Of a stretch of 64,000 nucleotides of DNA, positions 37,793-47,758 are shown piece after piece (the stretch's first letter is position 1; the number at the start of each line of letters is the position of its first letter). The notes beneath the pieces were generated by a model. That model had not been told where the DNA came from. It saw only the letters and a list, made by a program, of their open reading frames with translations, and did no database searches. The stretch is taken from assembly GCA_039588055.1 (NCBI GenBank), contig JBDHAN010000009.1:257-64256 (forward strand), in the 5' to 3' direction. A program made the translations under genes and the position numbers. The stretch is from Gemmatimonadota bacterium. GTDB taxonomy: Bacteria > Gemmatimonadota > Gemmatimonadetes > Gemmatimonadales > GWC2-71-9.

Positions 37793-39624
37793 GGGAGCCC
37801 TCGCCGCTGGCGCCACGCCCATTCCCCGACCAGCGCGGCAAGCGCCAGCAGGAACATCCACCATCGCTGTCGGAGGAATCGCTCCTGGATCAGTCCGGCG
37901 CGAGCGCCAACCTGGTCGGAGAGCGTCGCTACCGAACTCGGTGGGAACTCCGCCGAATAGGATTCGACGACCGCCATTCCCGCATTCGTCGTGCCTTCGA
38001 CCGACCACGCATACGTTCCCGGCTCGAGCCACAGCTCTGCACGCCCGGCGGGGTCGGGAGCCACGACGTAACGCTCCTCGACGGCGTCACTTGTCAGGAT
38101 CATCGTTGCCGAGTCGGGAATGGACACGCCGGTCCACTCGACGACGAGCGGCGTGCCGCGGGTGGCGACACCGGTTCCGGCAATTCGGACGTCAGTGACA
38201 TCGGTACGATCGGTTTGGAGCAGCCAGTCCATGCCTGCCGATACGACGGTGCGAACCGCTTCCGCGCCGAGGCCGCCCCGCAACGCCCATCGCCAAAAAC
38301 CGGTCGCGGACGACACCAACGTTCGGCGTGATCCCACCGATGCGCTCAGCAGCACCGGCCGGGCGGCTCCGCGTCGCCCGCGCTGCGCAGTGAGCGCGAC
38401 CCACACGGTGGAATCTGCCTGCGAGGTCGCAACCCCGATGAGGGGAGGCAGTGAATCCCAGTCAATGCGGGCCAGGTCCGAGGCCAACGGCGACGCGGGC
38501 ACCGGTGTGGTCGCATACCAATCACCCATGTCAAACGCCGGATCGCCGTCTGCACCGGACGGCCACCACCACGAGGGTCCGCGCGGTCGGAATGCGTCAA
38601 GTGACGAGCGGCTTCCCCTGACTACGAGAAGCCCGGCGTTGCGCGCCGCACCCACCACCCGGGACTCCGGCACCGCGCGCACTGATCGCATTTCGATCCA
38701 TGCCGTCTCGCCGGTCCGCGCGTACCCCCGAACCGGTGCACCGGAAATCCGGTCAAACGTCTCGACCAGGAAACGGCCCTCCCAATCCGCGGGGTCCACG
38801 ATAATGACGACGGCGGGCTGGTCGGTCACCGTGATCACGCGCTGGCGGACATCGTCGCGCGCATCCTGGTCGCCCTCAGCCCCGAGGCGAAACGCGAGGA
38901 CCGTGGCCCCAAGCCCGAGCGACGCCGTCGGCAGCGTGACCCGGCGCCGTACCCGTGCCGGCGCCGACGGAAGTGGCAGCTGCCGCGCGACAACGCGCCG
39001 GGCACCATCATGAACCTCGAGCCACGCGCTATCGGCTCGCAGGTCACCGAAGGTGCCCACCGTCAGCATGACCGTTATGGAATCTCCCCGCTGCACGGAC
39101 GGAGGGACCGCGATCTCGAGCAAGGCCGCCGACGGTACGGTATCGCGAGCAAGAAGGACGACGTCGAGTTGACCGACCGGTGCCATTGCCATGGCGTTCT
39201 TGTCAGTGAGCTCTCCATCGGTGACGACCGTGATGGGGCGTGCGAGCCCACGGGCCACGGCGAGCGCCGGCTCGAGTCGGGAAACCCCGTCGGACGGTTC
39301 GACCGGCGCGCCTTCGCGAACGGAACTGCCAAAAACCAGCACCGTGCCTTCGGCGCCCGCCAACACCCGCGCCGTGTCCAGCGCGGCGGCCCAGCGCCCA
39401 CCCGCCGCAGCCATGGAGAGCGATCCATCCAGCAGGACGAGCGGTACCCCAGTCGTGGCCGGTCGCGCGCACCCGGGGTTGAACACCAAGAGGATCACGG
39501 CGCCCAGGCCAACCGTGCGGAGCGCGGCGAGGCCCACCCCTTCGAGACCGAGCCGCTCGTGGCGCAGATAGACAAACGCGGCGAATGCCGCGGTGAGCAG
39601 CACGCCGAAGACCGCCAACGTCAT
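37789..39624 (-). CDS. Membrane protein with an N-terminal double-TM (BatA-like) segment, a vWA-like DxSxS motif and a C-terminal TM anchor
   Basis: 611 aa. MTLAVFGVLLTAAFAAFVYL...LRTVGLGAVILLVFNPG, then PLVLLDGSLSM (MIDAS-like). C-terminal WWMFLLALAALVGEWAWRQRRG. Confidence 0.55.
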   Translation of the reverse strand: MTLAVFGVLLTAAFAAFVYLRHERLGLEGVGLAALRTVGLGAVILLVFNPGCARPATTGVPLVLLDGSLSMAAAGGRWAAALDTARVLAGAEGTVLVFGSSVREGAPVEPSDGVSRLEPALAVARGLARPITVVTDGELTDKNAMAMAPVGQLDVVLLARDTVPSAALLEIAVPPSVQRGDSITVMLTVGTFGDLRADSAWLEVHDGARRVVARQLPLPSAPARVRRRVTLPTASLGLGATVLAFRLGAEGDQDARDDVRQRVITVTDQPAVVIIVDPADWEGRFLVETFDRISGAPVRGYARTGETAWIEMRSVRAVPESRVVGAARNAGLLVVRGSRSSLDAFRPRGPSWWWPSGADGDPAFDMGDWYATTPVPASPLASDLARIDWDSLPPLIGVATSQADSTVWVALTAQRGRRGAARPVLLSASVGSRRTLVSSATGFWRWALRGGLGAEAVRTVVSAGMDWLLQTDRTDVTDVRIAGTGVATRGTPLVVEWTGVSIPDSATMILTSDAVEERYVVAPDPAGRAELWLEPGTYAWSVEGTTNAGMAVVESYSAEFPPSSVATLSDQVGARAGLIQERFLRQRWWMFLLALAALVGEWAWRQRRGLP

Positions 39625-39689
39625 GCGGCCCTCACCTCACGACGTCCGAGCTGAGCAGCGCGACTCCCTGCACTGGTGTCACACGTGGG

Positions 39690-40952
39690 TCAGTTGATAC
39701 CGGTCGCGAGCGCCGAAGCAGGAGGAGACTCAAGGAGACGGTCGAACTCCGAACGGAGGGAATCGAACTCCGCGCGTCGCGAATCGGGCACGGGATCGCC
39801 TTTGCCGTACCGGGCGGCCGCCCGCGGATCGACATGCCGACCATTCTGAATGAACTCGTAGTGTAGGTGCGGGCCCGCAGCGAGGCCGGACATCCCGACA
39901 TAGCCGATCACCTGCCCCTGCAGCACGCGCTGGCCGACTCGAAGGCCGGACGCCAGCCGACTCATGTGGGCGTACCGCGTCTCCACTCCTTTGGGATGCC
40001 GAATGGCGACCATCGCGCCGTACGAACCCCACCGTCCGGCCCGAAGGACGGTCCCGTCGCCGGTCGCGATGATGGGGGTGCCGGTGTTCGCCGCATAGTC
40101 CACGCCGAGGTGCGGACGGCTGCGCTTGAGGATGGGATGGAAACGATTCCGCGAGAACCCCGATGAGATCCGACGGAACTCGGCCGGATAGAGCTTGAAC
40201 GCACGCTTCAGCGAGTTGCCGTCGTCGTCGAAGTAGGCGTTTCGCCCGTCGCTGTCCGTCATGACGTACGCGACGTTCTCGGAACCTCGCGTCTCAATCT
40301 CGGCGGCCAGAATCCGACCGAAGCGCACGTCTCCGAGCTCCGAGGTCAGTCGCTCATAGGCGATGCGAAACCCGTCTCCCTCGTAGTTGTCACGGGTGAA
40401 GTCGATCACCCACCCGAACACGCCGTCCGCGAGATCCCACACGAGACGCGCGCGCTCACCGGCCGGGAGCACCGCGGGCTGGATGAGCTCGTCCACGGTT
40501 TCGTAGAGGGACGACCTGACCGCTCCGTGCGCCACCTCGGTCGTCACATCCCAGTAGATCTCCTGCGCCTCGCCGCGCCAGCCCTCAGCACTGTCACGGT
40601 CGACCGTCAGGAGCGTCGTGTCACCGAGCCGAACCTTGATGCGTGTCGGTGCGGAATCGTGCAGCAGGTAGCGGAACCCAAACACCTGACCGGCCACGAC
40701 ACGCCTGGGATCGATCTGCTCCGCGGCTGCCAGGACCTGGTAGAGCTCCTGGCCGAAGATATTGTGCCGCGCCAGCAATTCGGAGAGCGTCTCGTTCCGT
40801 TTGAGCGTGTCCGCCTTTTCGACGTACGCCGCCGTCACGTAGAGTGGTTGAGCGACCGGGAGTCGCTCACCGGCAAAGACTCCGCGGGCGGTCCACAGGA
40901 TCGCCAGCACGACCGCGCCGGCGAGGATTCTGCGGAGCCCGCGGCGGCTCAT
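39690..40952 (-). CDS. M23-family murein endopeptidase (MepM-like)
   Basis: 420 aa. N-terminal TM, then HLGVDYAANTGTPIIATGDGTV...GYVGMSGLAAGPHLHYEF (HxxxD...HxH zinc site). Its start overlaps the ftsZ stop by 1 nt. Confidence 0.88.
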   Translation of the reverse strand: MSRRGLRRILAGAVVLAILWTARGVFAGERLPVAQPLYVTAAYVEKADTLKRNETLSELLARHNIFGQELYQVLAAAEQIDPRRVVAGQVFGFRYLLHDSAPTRIKVRLGDTTLLTVDRDSAEGWRGEAQEIYWDVTTEVAHGAVRSSLYETVDELIQPAVLPAGERARLVWDLADGVFGWVIDFTRDNYEGDGFRIAYERLTSELGDVRFGRILAAEIETRGSENVAYVMTDSDGRNAYFDDDGNSLKRAFKLYPAEFRRISSGFSRNRFHPILKRSRPHLGVDYAANTGTPIIATGDGTVLRAGRWGSYGAMVAIRHPKGVETRYAHMSRLASGLRVGQRVLQGQVIGYVGMSGLAAGPHLHYEFIQNGRHVDPRAAARYGKGDPVPDSRRAEFDSLRSEFDRLLESPPASALATGIN

Positions 40953-42097
40953 CAGTCCATCTGCCGCCTGATGAAGGTCGGGATCTCCATCTCTGAAATC
41001 TCACCTTCGGGCGCTGCCGGCTGCGCGGATGGCGCCGTCGGTTGGCCTGTGGGCGCCGACGAGCGTGGCGCCCGCTGGGGGAACGGCAGCACGCCCGGCA
41101 CACCTGCCCGACCAAAGAAGGTCTCTGCCTGCGATGCAACCTTGTCGAACCCTGTGGCGATGACGGTCACGCGAAGCTCGCCGGCCATCGCGGGGTCGTG
41201 GACGGCACCGAAGATGATCTCCGCCTGATCGCCGGCTGCATCGTGTACGACTTCGCTGATCTGATTCACCTCGCCCAGCGTGAGATCCTCGCCGCCAACA
41301 ATGTTCATCAGCACACCGGTCGACCCGGAAATCGAGACGTTGTCCAACAGCGGGCTCGTGATCGCCTGCTGCGCCGCCTCGATCGCGCGATCTTCACCGC
41401 GGCCGACACCGGTACCCATGAGGGCCGACCCGCCGTTCTGCATAACGGTTCGCACGTCGGCAAAGTCGACGTTCACTAAGCCGGGGTGACTCACCAGCGT
41501 GGAGATGCCCTGCGTGGCGTGGAGCAGCACCTCGTCGGCCTTCTTGAGCGCCTCCTGGAACGGGACGTTCTTGCCGACCACGGCGAGCAGACGCTCGTTG
41601 GGCACCACAATCATGGTGTCCACCTGCTTCCGCATCTCCGCGATGCCGATCTCCGCCTGGCGCATCCGCTTGCGCCCTTCGAACAGGAACGGCTTGGTCA
41701 CGATGCCGACTGTGAGTGACCCCACGTCGCGCGAGAGCTGCGCAATGATGGGTGCGGCACCGGTGCCGGTGCCTCCGCCCATGCCGCAGGTCACAAACAC
41801 GAGATCCGCGCCTTCGAGGACTCGCAACACTTCGTCGCGGTTCTCCTCGATGGCCTGGCGGCCGATTTCGGGCCGCGCTCCAGCGCCCAGGCCGCGGGTG
41901 AGTTTCTTGCCGATCTGCACCTTCACGTCGGCCTTGTTGTGCAACAGGGCCTGGGCATCGGTGTTGACCGAGATGAACTCGACACCCGACAAGTGCTCCT
42001 CGATCATCCGGTTGACGGCGTTCCCACCACCTCCGCCGACACCAGCGACCTTCATGCGGGCGTTCTTTGACAGAGTTTCTTCGAGTTCGAAGACCAT
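40952..42097 (-). CDS. ftsZ: Cell division protein FtsZ
   Basis: 381 aa. VGGGGGNAVNRM, GMGGGTGTGAAP (tubulin signature) and the C-terminal IPTFIRRQ peptide. Confidence 0.97.
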   Translation of the reverse strand: MVFELEETLSKNARMKVAGVGGGGGNAVNRMIEEHLSGVEFISVNTDAQALLHNKADVKVQIGKKLTRGLGAGARPEIGRQAIEENRDEVLRVLEGADLVFVTCGMGGGTGTGAAPIIAQLSRDVGSLTVGIVTKPFLFEGRKRMRQAEIGIAEMRKQVDTMIVVPNERLLAVVGKNVPFQEALKKADEVLLHATQGISTLVSHPGLVNVDFADVRTVMQNGGSALMGTGVGRGEDRAIEAAQQAITSPLLDNVSISGSTGVLMNIVGGEDLTLGEVNQISEVVHDAAGDQAEIIFGAVHDPAMAGELRVTVIATGFDKVASQAETFFGRAGVPGVLPFPQRAPRSSAPTGQPTAPSAQPAAPEGEISEMEIPTFIRRQMD

Positions 42098-42118
42098 GCG
42101 TCCCTCGTTCTCGCCGGT

Positions 42119-43351
42119 TTAGAAGAACTCCTGCAGCCAGCGTTTGACCGGGCCGAACACCTTGTCGACGGTCGAGTCTCCCGACCCGTCGCCATGCACT
42201 CGACTCCGAACGCCGTAGAGAGCCAGTCCAACAGGCACCGCGTAGCGAGGTGCCTGCACGCTATCGACCAATCCCTTGATGCCGCGCTCGGGCACGCCCT
42301 TACGGACGGGCATCGCAAACACTTCGCGTCCCAACTCGACCACGCCGGCCATATGCGCCCCGCCACCCGTCAGAATCACACCGGCCGGCAGTCGCCCAGC
42401 ATAGCCCACTTGCTCGATCTGATCCGCCACCCGCCCGAAGATCTCGTCCAGCCGTTGATGCACGATGTGCGCGATCAGCTCCCGCTTCGTATGCCGCACA
42501 CCCTGCCCGGGCGTGCTGGGAAGCTCGACCATCTCCTCGGGCTCCACGAGCGGCGCATAGGCGACGCCCCACCGCTCCTTCAACCGCTCCGCGTCGGTCT
42601 GCGTAATCGAAAGTCCATGGACGAGATCACTCGTCACATACGATCCGGCACACCGATCCGACGCCAGATGTCGAAGCTTGTTGTCATGGAAGATAGCGAC
42701 GGTCGTCGATCCGCCGCCAAGCTCGACCAGGGCACATCCGAGCTCCCGCTCCTCATCAGTCAGCACCGCCTCCGCCGCCGCGAGGGGTTCGAGCACAAAC
42801 TCCGTCACGCGATAGCCGGCGCGCTCAATGGACCGCTTGAGATTCTGTGCGGCCTGCTTGTGGACGGCCACCAACTGCATCTCGACCTCGAGACGCATCC
42901 CGGTCATCCCGATCGGATCGTTGATGCTGCCCTGCTTGTCGACGGTGTATTCCTGCGGAATCGGCACCAGGAGCTCGTGTTCGTCTCCCAGACTCACCGA
43001 CAGCGCCGTCTCGTGCACCCGGCGCACATCGGCGGCCTTGATCTCATCCGCCGAGACGGATACGAGGCCGTTGGAGAGCTGCGTGCGGACGTTTTCCGCC
43101 GCGATGCCGCAGTAGAGTTCCGGAATCTTGATACCGGCCATGCGCTCGGCGTCGCTCACGGCACTCCCGATCGCCCTCGTGGTCTCTTCGATGTCCCGCA
43201 CCACGCCGCGCCGAACACCGGTGGTCCGCGCGAGTCCGACTCCCAGGATCTTGGCGACTGGCGAGCGCTCGTCACCGGACAGCTCGGCAATCACGGCGCA
43301 CGTCTTGGTGCTCCCAACATCCAATCCGGCCACGAGGGCTTCGCGCTTCAT
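42119..43351 (-). CDS. ftsA: Cell division protein FtsA
   Basis: 410 aa actin-like. LDVGSTKTCAVIAE, VELGGGSTTVAIF, GVILTGGGAHMAGV. Confidence 0.95.
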   Translation of the reverse strand: MKREALVAGLDVGSTKTCAVIAELSGDERSPVAKILGVGLARTTGVRRGVVRDIEETTRAIGSAVSDAERMAGIKIPELYCGIAAENVRTQLSNGLVSVSADEIKAADVRRVHETALSVSLGDEHELLVPIPQEYTVDKQGSINDPIGMTGMRLEVEMQLVAVHKQAAQNLKRSIERAGYRVTEFVLEPLAAAEAVLTDEERELGCALVELGGGSTTVAIFHDNKLRHLASDRCAGSYVTSDLVHGLSITQTDAERLKERWGVAYAPLVEPEEMVELPSTPGQGVRHTKRELIAHIVHQRLDEIFGRVADQIEQVGYAGRLPAGVILTGGGAHMAGVVELGREVFAMPVRKGVPERGIKGLVDSVQAPRYAVPVGLALYGVRSRVHGDGSGDSTVDKVFGPVKRWLQEFF

Positions 43352-44028
43352 GCCTCTCCTCGACGCACCACGATCAGCCCCTGGAAGCGGGCGTCCAGCT
43401 GCCAGAACGCGCGGCCTTCCTGCAGCAGGTGGCGGCGCACCGTCTCCGCCGCACGGATCTCCGATTGCTTCGGACGGGCCCTGAGGAGGAGCTGTTGATC
43501 ACCGAGCTCTACCACCACGGTTTGGCGACCGGCCCAGCGCACCCCATCCACCATCCCGAACAGCGCCGGATCGGTCTGCCTGATGAGTGCGAGTGCCTCC
43601 GTCAGCAGCGAATCGGGCCGTTCAACGATCGGCAGATCGAACGACGTCGCCGAGGGATCATAGGGGAGCGGCCGGCTCGACTCGTCGAGCGCAACGAGAC
43701 CCGATTCCCCGCGGGCGAACGCCACCGGCATCCGCTCCTCGAGGACGAACTGGAGCGTGCCGGGAAGGCGACGCCGCACGTCCGCCCGGGCCACTCCGGG
43801 CACGGCCTCTGCGCGACGATCCAGCTCCCTCAGCGAGGCAAACACGTTTCGATCCGACTCGATTCCGATGTGCGTCAACACTCGTTCCGGCGAGAGGTAT
43901 CTCACACCAACGATCTCAACCTGTCGTACCTGAAAAAAGTCGAGCTGCCGGAGTCCCAGCGGCACGACAAGATACGCACCTGCAACGACGGCGAGCCCTG
44001 CGCCCAGGAGGAGGAAACGGCGCTTCAC
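43348..44028 (-). CDS. ftsQ: Cell division protein FtsQ
   Basis: From GTG at 44028 (GTGA overlap with the murC stop): VKRRFLLLGAGLAVVAGAYLV (TM), then POTRA (FQVRQVEIVGVRYLSPERV). Position between murC and ftsA supports the call. Confidence 0.82.
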   Translation of the reverse strand: MKRRFLLLGAGLAVVAGAYLVVPLGLRQLDFFQVRQVEIVGVRYLSPERVLTHIGIESDRNVFASLRELDRRAEAVPGVARADVRRRLPGTLQFVLEERMPVAFARGESGLVALDESSRPLPYDPSATSFDLPIVERPDSLLTEALALIRQTDPALFGMVDGVRWAGRQTVVVELGDQQLLLRARPKQSEIRAAETVRRHLLQEGRAFWQLDARFQGLIVVRRGEA

Positions 44029-45404
44029 GCTGCCGCTCCGGAACGACGTCGAGCGAGCTCGCGACCTACGTCGGTGATATCCCCTGCACCCAAGGTAATA
44101 ACGACATCCCCTTTTGCGATCATTTGCTCCAGTTGATCCGGCAGGGCGGTTCGGCTGGCCACCCACTCGACCTGTCCACCGGCTCGCCGTACGGCCTTGG
44201 CCACGCGTTCTCCCGTGACACCACGAATCGGCTGCTCGCGCGCCGCGTAGACTTCGGTGACGACCGCGAGATCGGCCGTCGAGAGCGCGATGCCCATCGC
44301 CGGGCCGAGTGCTTTCGTCCGTGAATAGAGGTGCGGCTGAAACACCGCGACCAGTCGCGCCCCGGGGAACCGCTGTCGGGCCGCACCCAAGGTCGCGGCG
44401 ATCTCAGACGGGTGGTGCGCGTAGTCGTCGACGAAGGTGATGCCTCGGTGGGTGCCAAGCAGCTCGAACCGCCGACCCACGCCCTCGAAATCGCCGAGGC
44501 CCCGTGCCACCGCCTCGGGATCTGCCTCGAGGGCCAGCCCGACCGCAACGGTCATGGCCGCATTGCGGAGGTTGTGGAGACCGGGAACGCGGAGCCGAAT
44601 GTCCACCGATCGGTCGCCCGGAAGCTCGAGCCGCGCAGCGGTCTGCTCTGCATCTCGCCGCACGTCAGTCAGCCGGATATCGGCGTTCGCGACCGTGCCC
44701 ACACGCCAGAAAGGCCCCGTCACGGCCTTGGCGACCCGGTTGGCCCCCCGGTCGTCCGCGCCGACCAGCACCCGAGTGGCGGAACTCGCAAAGGTCACGA
44801 ACGCGGCCTCGAGCTCCTCGACGGACCCGTAGCACTCCAGATGATCGGGCTCGACGTTGTTGACCACAGCGACCGTCGGCTCGAGGGCCAGAAACGAGCG
44901 GTCGTACTCATCGGCCTCGACCACGAAGATCTGGTCTGCGCCGAAGCGCACGTTCCCGTCCCACGCGGCAACGCGGCCACCGACCAAGGCCGTCGGATCG
45001 ACGCCGGCCGCCGCCAACCCGTGAGCCGCCATGGCAGTCACCGTAGTCTTGCCGTGTGTGCCGGCCACGCCAACGAGCGTCGCACCCTCGACCACCATGC
45101 CGAGGGCTTTCGCCCGCGGGATGACCGGAATGCCAGCCGCTCTCGCCGCTTCGAGCTCTTCATGATCCGCTGGAACTGCAGCAGTATAAACGACTGCTCG
45201 ACAGCCGGTTACGTGATTCGGATCGTGTTCTTTCGACACTCTCGCGCCGAGTCGCTCAGCGTCGGGGGCTCCGTGGGGATCGGCGTCGCATCCGGTGACA
45301 GGCACCCCGCGGCGCAAGGAGACGAGTGCCACCGCACTCATTCCGGCGCCGGCTATCCCCATGAAATGGATGGGCCGGGGATCGTCCGGGGCAAAGAGGT
45401 GCAT
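44025..45404 (-). CDS. murC: UDP-N-acetylmuramate--L-alanine ligase
   Basis: 459 aa. IHFMGIAGAGMSAVA, GVAGTHGKTTVTAM and the Mur ligase C-terminal domain. Confidence 0.93.
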   Translation of the reverse strand: MHLFAPDDPRPIHFMGIAGAGMSAVALVSLRRGVPVTGCDADPHGAPDAERLGARVSKEHDPNHVTGCRAVVYTAAVPADHEELEAARAAGIPVIPRAKALGMVVEGATLVGVAGTHGKTTVTAMAAHGLAAAGVDPTALVGGRVAAWDGNVRFGADQIFVVEADEYDRSFLALEPTVAVVNNVEPDHLECYGSVEELEAAFVTFASSATRVLVGADDRGANRVAKAVTGPFWRVGTVANADIRLTDVRRDAEQTAARLELPGDRSVDIRLRVPGLHNLRNAAMTVAVGLALEADPEAVARGLGDFEGVGRRFELLGTHRGITFVDDYAHHPSEIAATLGAARQRFPGARLVAVFQPHLYSRTKALGPAMGIALSTADLAVVTEVYAAREQPIRGVTGERVAKAVRRAGGQVEWVASRTALPDQLEQMIAKGDVVITLGAGDITDVGRELARRRSGAAA

Positions 45405-45455
45405 CAGTGGACAGCCAATATAAGGGGATCGCGAAAGTCGCGAAAGGGGTTGGAC

Positions 45456-46550
45456 TTAGGGCACCAGGCCTAGAATGTGTCGAGCAATATTTTCGGCCGC
45501 TTTCGGGTGCCCTCGTGCACTTGCCGAGCGGCGCATCTCGGCGACCCTCTGCGGATCGCGGACAAGACCTGCCACCTCGGCAGCAAGCGACTGCCCGTTG
45601 ACGCGGGACTCGGGCAGATGGATGGCGGCTCCGTCTCGTGCGAGGGCCTTCGCGTTGCGTGCCTGGTGTCCGCCGGCAGCGCTGGGCAGCGGGATAAGGA
45701 TTGCCGGAATCCCCCACGCGCAGAGCTCTGCGGTGGTCATGGCGCCGGCCCGCGCGACCGCCAAGTCTGCCGCGGCGTAGGCGTCGGCGACCGGGTCCCA
45801 GAACGCGCGGACAACGGATCCCCCGGTCACCTCGTACTGCTTCAGATCCTCCCAGTTGGCAGGCCCGGTGCTCCATAGCAGGCTCACGTTGCCCAGCAGA
45901 TGCTCATCGACCGCCTGGGCGACCGCCGTGTTCAGGCTGCGAGCGCCCTGGCTTCCACCGATGACAAAGAGGGCCGGACGGTCGGCCGGAAGGCCCAGCC
46001 GTTCCTTTGCCTCCCTGCGGTCCGGACGCGGCTCCGGCGGAGGGGCGATGGGCGTTCCGAATTGGCAGACCTCGGTGGATGCGCCGGGCCGCAAGTGCAC
46101 TCTGGCCTCCGGAAAGCCCAGGTGGATCTGGCACGCCCAACGCGAGAGCCACCTCGTGGTGATTCCGGGATAGGCGTTCTGTTCCTGCAGAACCAGAGGG
46201 ATGCGTCGCCGCACCGCCTGGAACAGGATGGGACCGGCCGCATAGCCGCCGCAGCTGATGGCCAGGACGGGCTGCTCGTCCCGCAACAGTTGAGCGCCTG
46301 ACCGGAGGACTCGGCTCAAGATGATTGGCCACTTGAGGTTACGCCACAGCTGGCGGCGATAAATGGGCTCTACCGGCAGCAGGTGGTACCGATACGGTCT
46401 CGTGGGAAGGACTCGCGCCTCCACTCCCCGCTCCGCACCGACCAGCACGGGCTCGATGTCGGGCCGGGCTCGTTGGAGAGCGTCGGCCAGAGCCAAAGCC
46501 GGCATGAGGTGGCCGCCTGTGCCGCCTCCAGCAATGAGAATGCGGCTCAT
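45456..46550 (-). CDS. murG: Undecaprenyldiphospho-muramoylpentapeptide beta-N-acetylglucosaminyltransferase
   Basis: From ATG at 46550 (ATGA overlap with the ftsW stop): MSRILIAGGGTGGHLMPALALA...GGSQGA...ARAGAMTTAE. The 508-aa track ORF overlaps ftsW. Confidence 0.92.
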   Translation of the reverse strand: MSRILIAGGGTGGHLMPALALADALQRARPDIEPVLVGAERGVEARVLPTRPYRYHLLPVEPIYRRQLWRNLKWPIILSRVLRSGAQLLRDEQPVLAISCGGYAAGPILFQAVRRRIPLVLQEQNAYPGITTRWLSRWACQIHLGFPEARVHLRPGASTEVCQFGTPIAPPPEPRPDRREAKERLGLPADRPALFVIGGSQGARSLNTAVAQAVDEHLLGNVSLLWSTGPANWEDLKQYEVTGGSVVRAFWDPVADAYAAADLAVARAGAMTTAELCAWGIPAILIPLPSAAGGHQARNAKALARDGAAIHLPESRVNGQSLAAEVAGLVRDPQRVAEMRRSASARGHPKAAENIARHILGLVP

Positions 46551-47758
46551 CTCGACTTCGCAGATCTCTCTCGGCTCCGCGCCACGCTCATGATCACCCC
46601 GGTGGCCAGAAACGAGACAAGAAGACTCGAGCGTCCGTAGGAGATGAACGGCAGCGAGATCCCGGTGGTCGGGACCACGGCCAAGGTCACCCCGATGTGG
46701 AGGGCTGCCGCCAACCCGATCATCGTCGTGAGGCCGACGCCCACCAGGAGACCGAACATGTCTGGCGCCCGCCGAGCGATACGGAATCCCAGTGCGACAA
46801 AGAGCCCGAACAGCCCGACGATCACGAGCACGCCCAGGAAGCCCCACTCTTCCCCGATCGTGCTGAAGATGAAATCGGAGTAGGCGTATTGGAGGTAGCC
46901 CAGCTTTTGTAGGCCTTCGCCATATCCGACACCGACAAGCCGGCCCGCGCCGATGCCCGTGAGTGACTGACTGATCTGCCAATTCGCTTCGGCCGCATCG
47001 CCGCCCGCGCTCAGGAAGTTCACCATCCGCGCGAGCCGGTATTGGACTGAGGCGATCTCATGCCACACGATCGGGATGGCGAGGACGGCGAGCACGAGGA
47101 AGTGTCCGATGCGGGCGCCGGCCGCGAACAACACCGTGCCGGCCAGCAGCAGGACGACCGCACCGGTCGAGAGATCCGGCTCCAACACGATGAGGCCCGT
47201 GACGGGCACGAGGATCACGAGCACCGGCAGCAACCCGAGCTTGAACTCGCGCACGAGCTCGCCCTTCTTCGCGGCCAGCATCGCGACCCAGAGGACGACG
47301 GCGAACTTGGCGAGCTCAGAAGGCTGCAGGCTCAGTCCACCGACCTGTATCCATCGTCGCGCCCCGTTAATCTCGGGCGCAATCGGAGCCGCGACTGGGA
47401 GCACCGGCACCACGAGCAGCAGGGTCGCCACTGCCAGGACCGGCCACGCGAGCGGCCGCCAGTAGCGATAGTCAAGTCGCGCCACGATCAGCAGGACCAT
47501 GAGTCCCAACGCGACCCCGAGGAGCTGCCGCAGGGCGTAGACGCTCCCAGCCATCCCCTGCTGGACCGCCCAGATGCTGGACGCGCCATAGACTGCTGCC
47601 ACGCCGAAGACGGCAAGCGTGGCTGCGAGGATACCGAGGAGGCGGCTTTCCCACAGCCCTTCACCGTCGGAGCCGGCCCGCCTCAGGCGCTTTGCGCGAG
47701 CTCGCGGAATCGGTCCCCCCGCTCTCCGAAGTTGGCAAACTGATCGAAACTCGCACAC
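46547..47758 (-). CDS. ftsW: SEDS-family cell-division protein FtsW (peptidoglycan glycosyltransferase)
   Basis: 403 aa, ~10 TM. GARRWIQVGGLSLQPSELAK, SDFIFSTIGEEWGF. The start is uncertain (see finding). Confidence 0.88.
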   Translation of the reverse strand: MCEFRSVCQLRRAGGPIPRARAKRLRRAGSDGEGLWESRLLGILAATLAVFGVAAVYGASSIWAVQQGMAGSVYALRQLLGVALGLMVLLIVARLDYRYWRPLAWPVLAVATLLLVVPVLPVAAPIAPEINGARRWIQVGGLSLQPSELAKFAVVLWVAMLAAKKGELVREFKLGLLPVLVILVPVTGLIVLEPDLSTGAVVLLLAGTVLFAAGARIGHFLVLAVLAIPIVWHEIASVQYRLARMVNFLSAGGDAAEANWQISQSLTGIGAGRLVGVGYGEGLQKLGYLQYAYSDFIFSTIGEEWGFLGVLVIVGLFGLFVALGFRIARRAPDMFGLLVGVGLTTMIGLAAALHIGVTLAVVPTTGISLPFISYGRSSLLVSFLATGVIMSVARSRERSAKSR

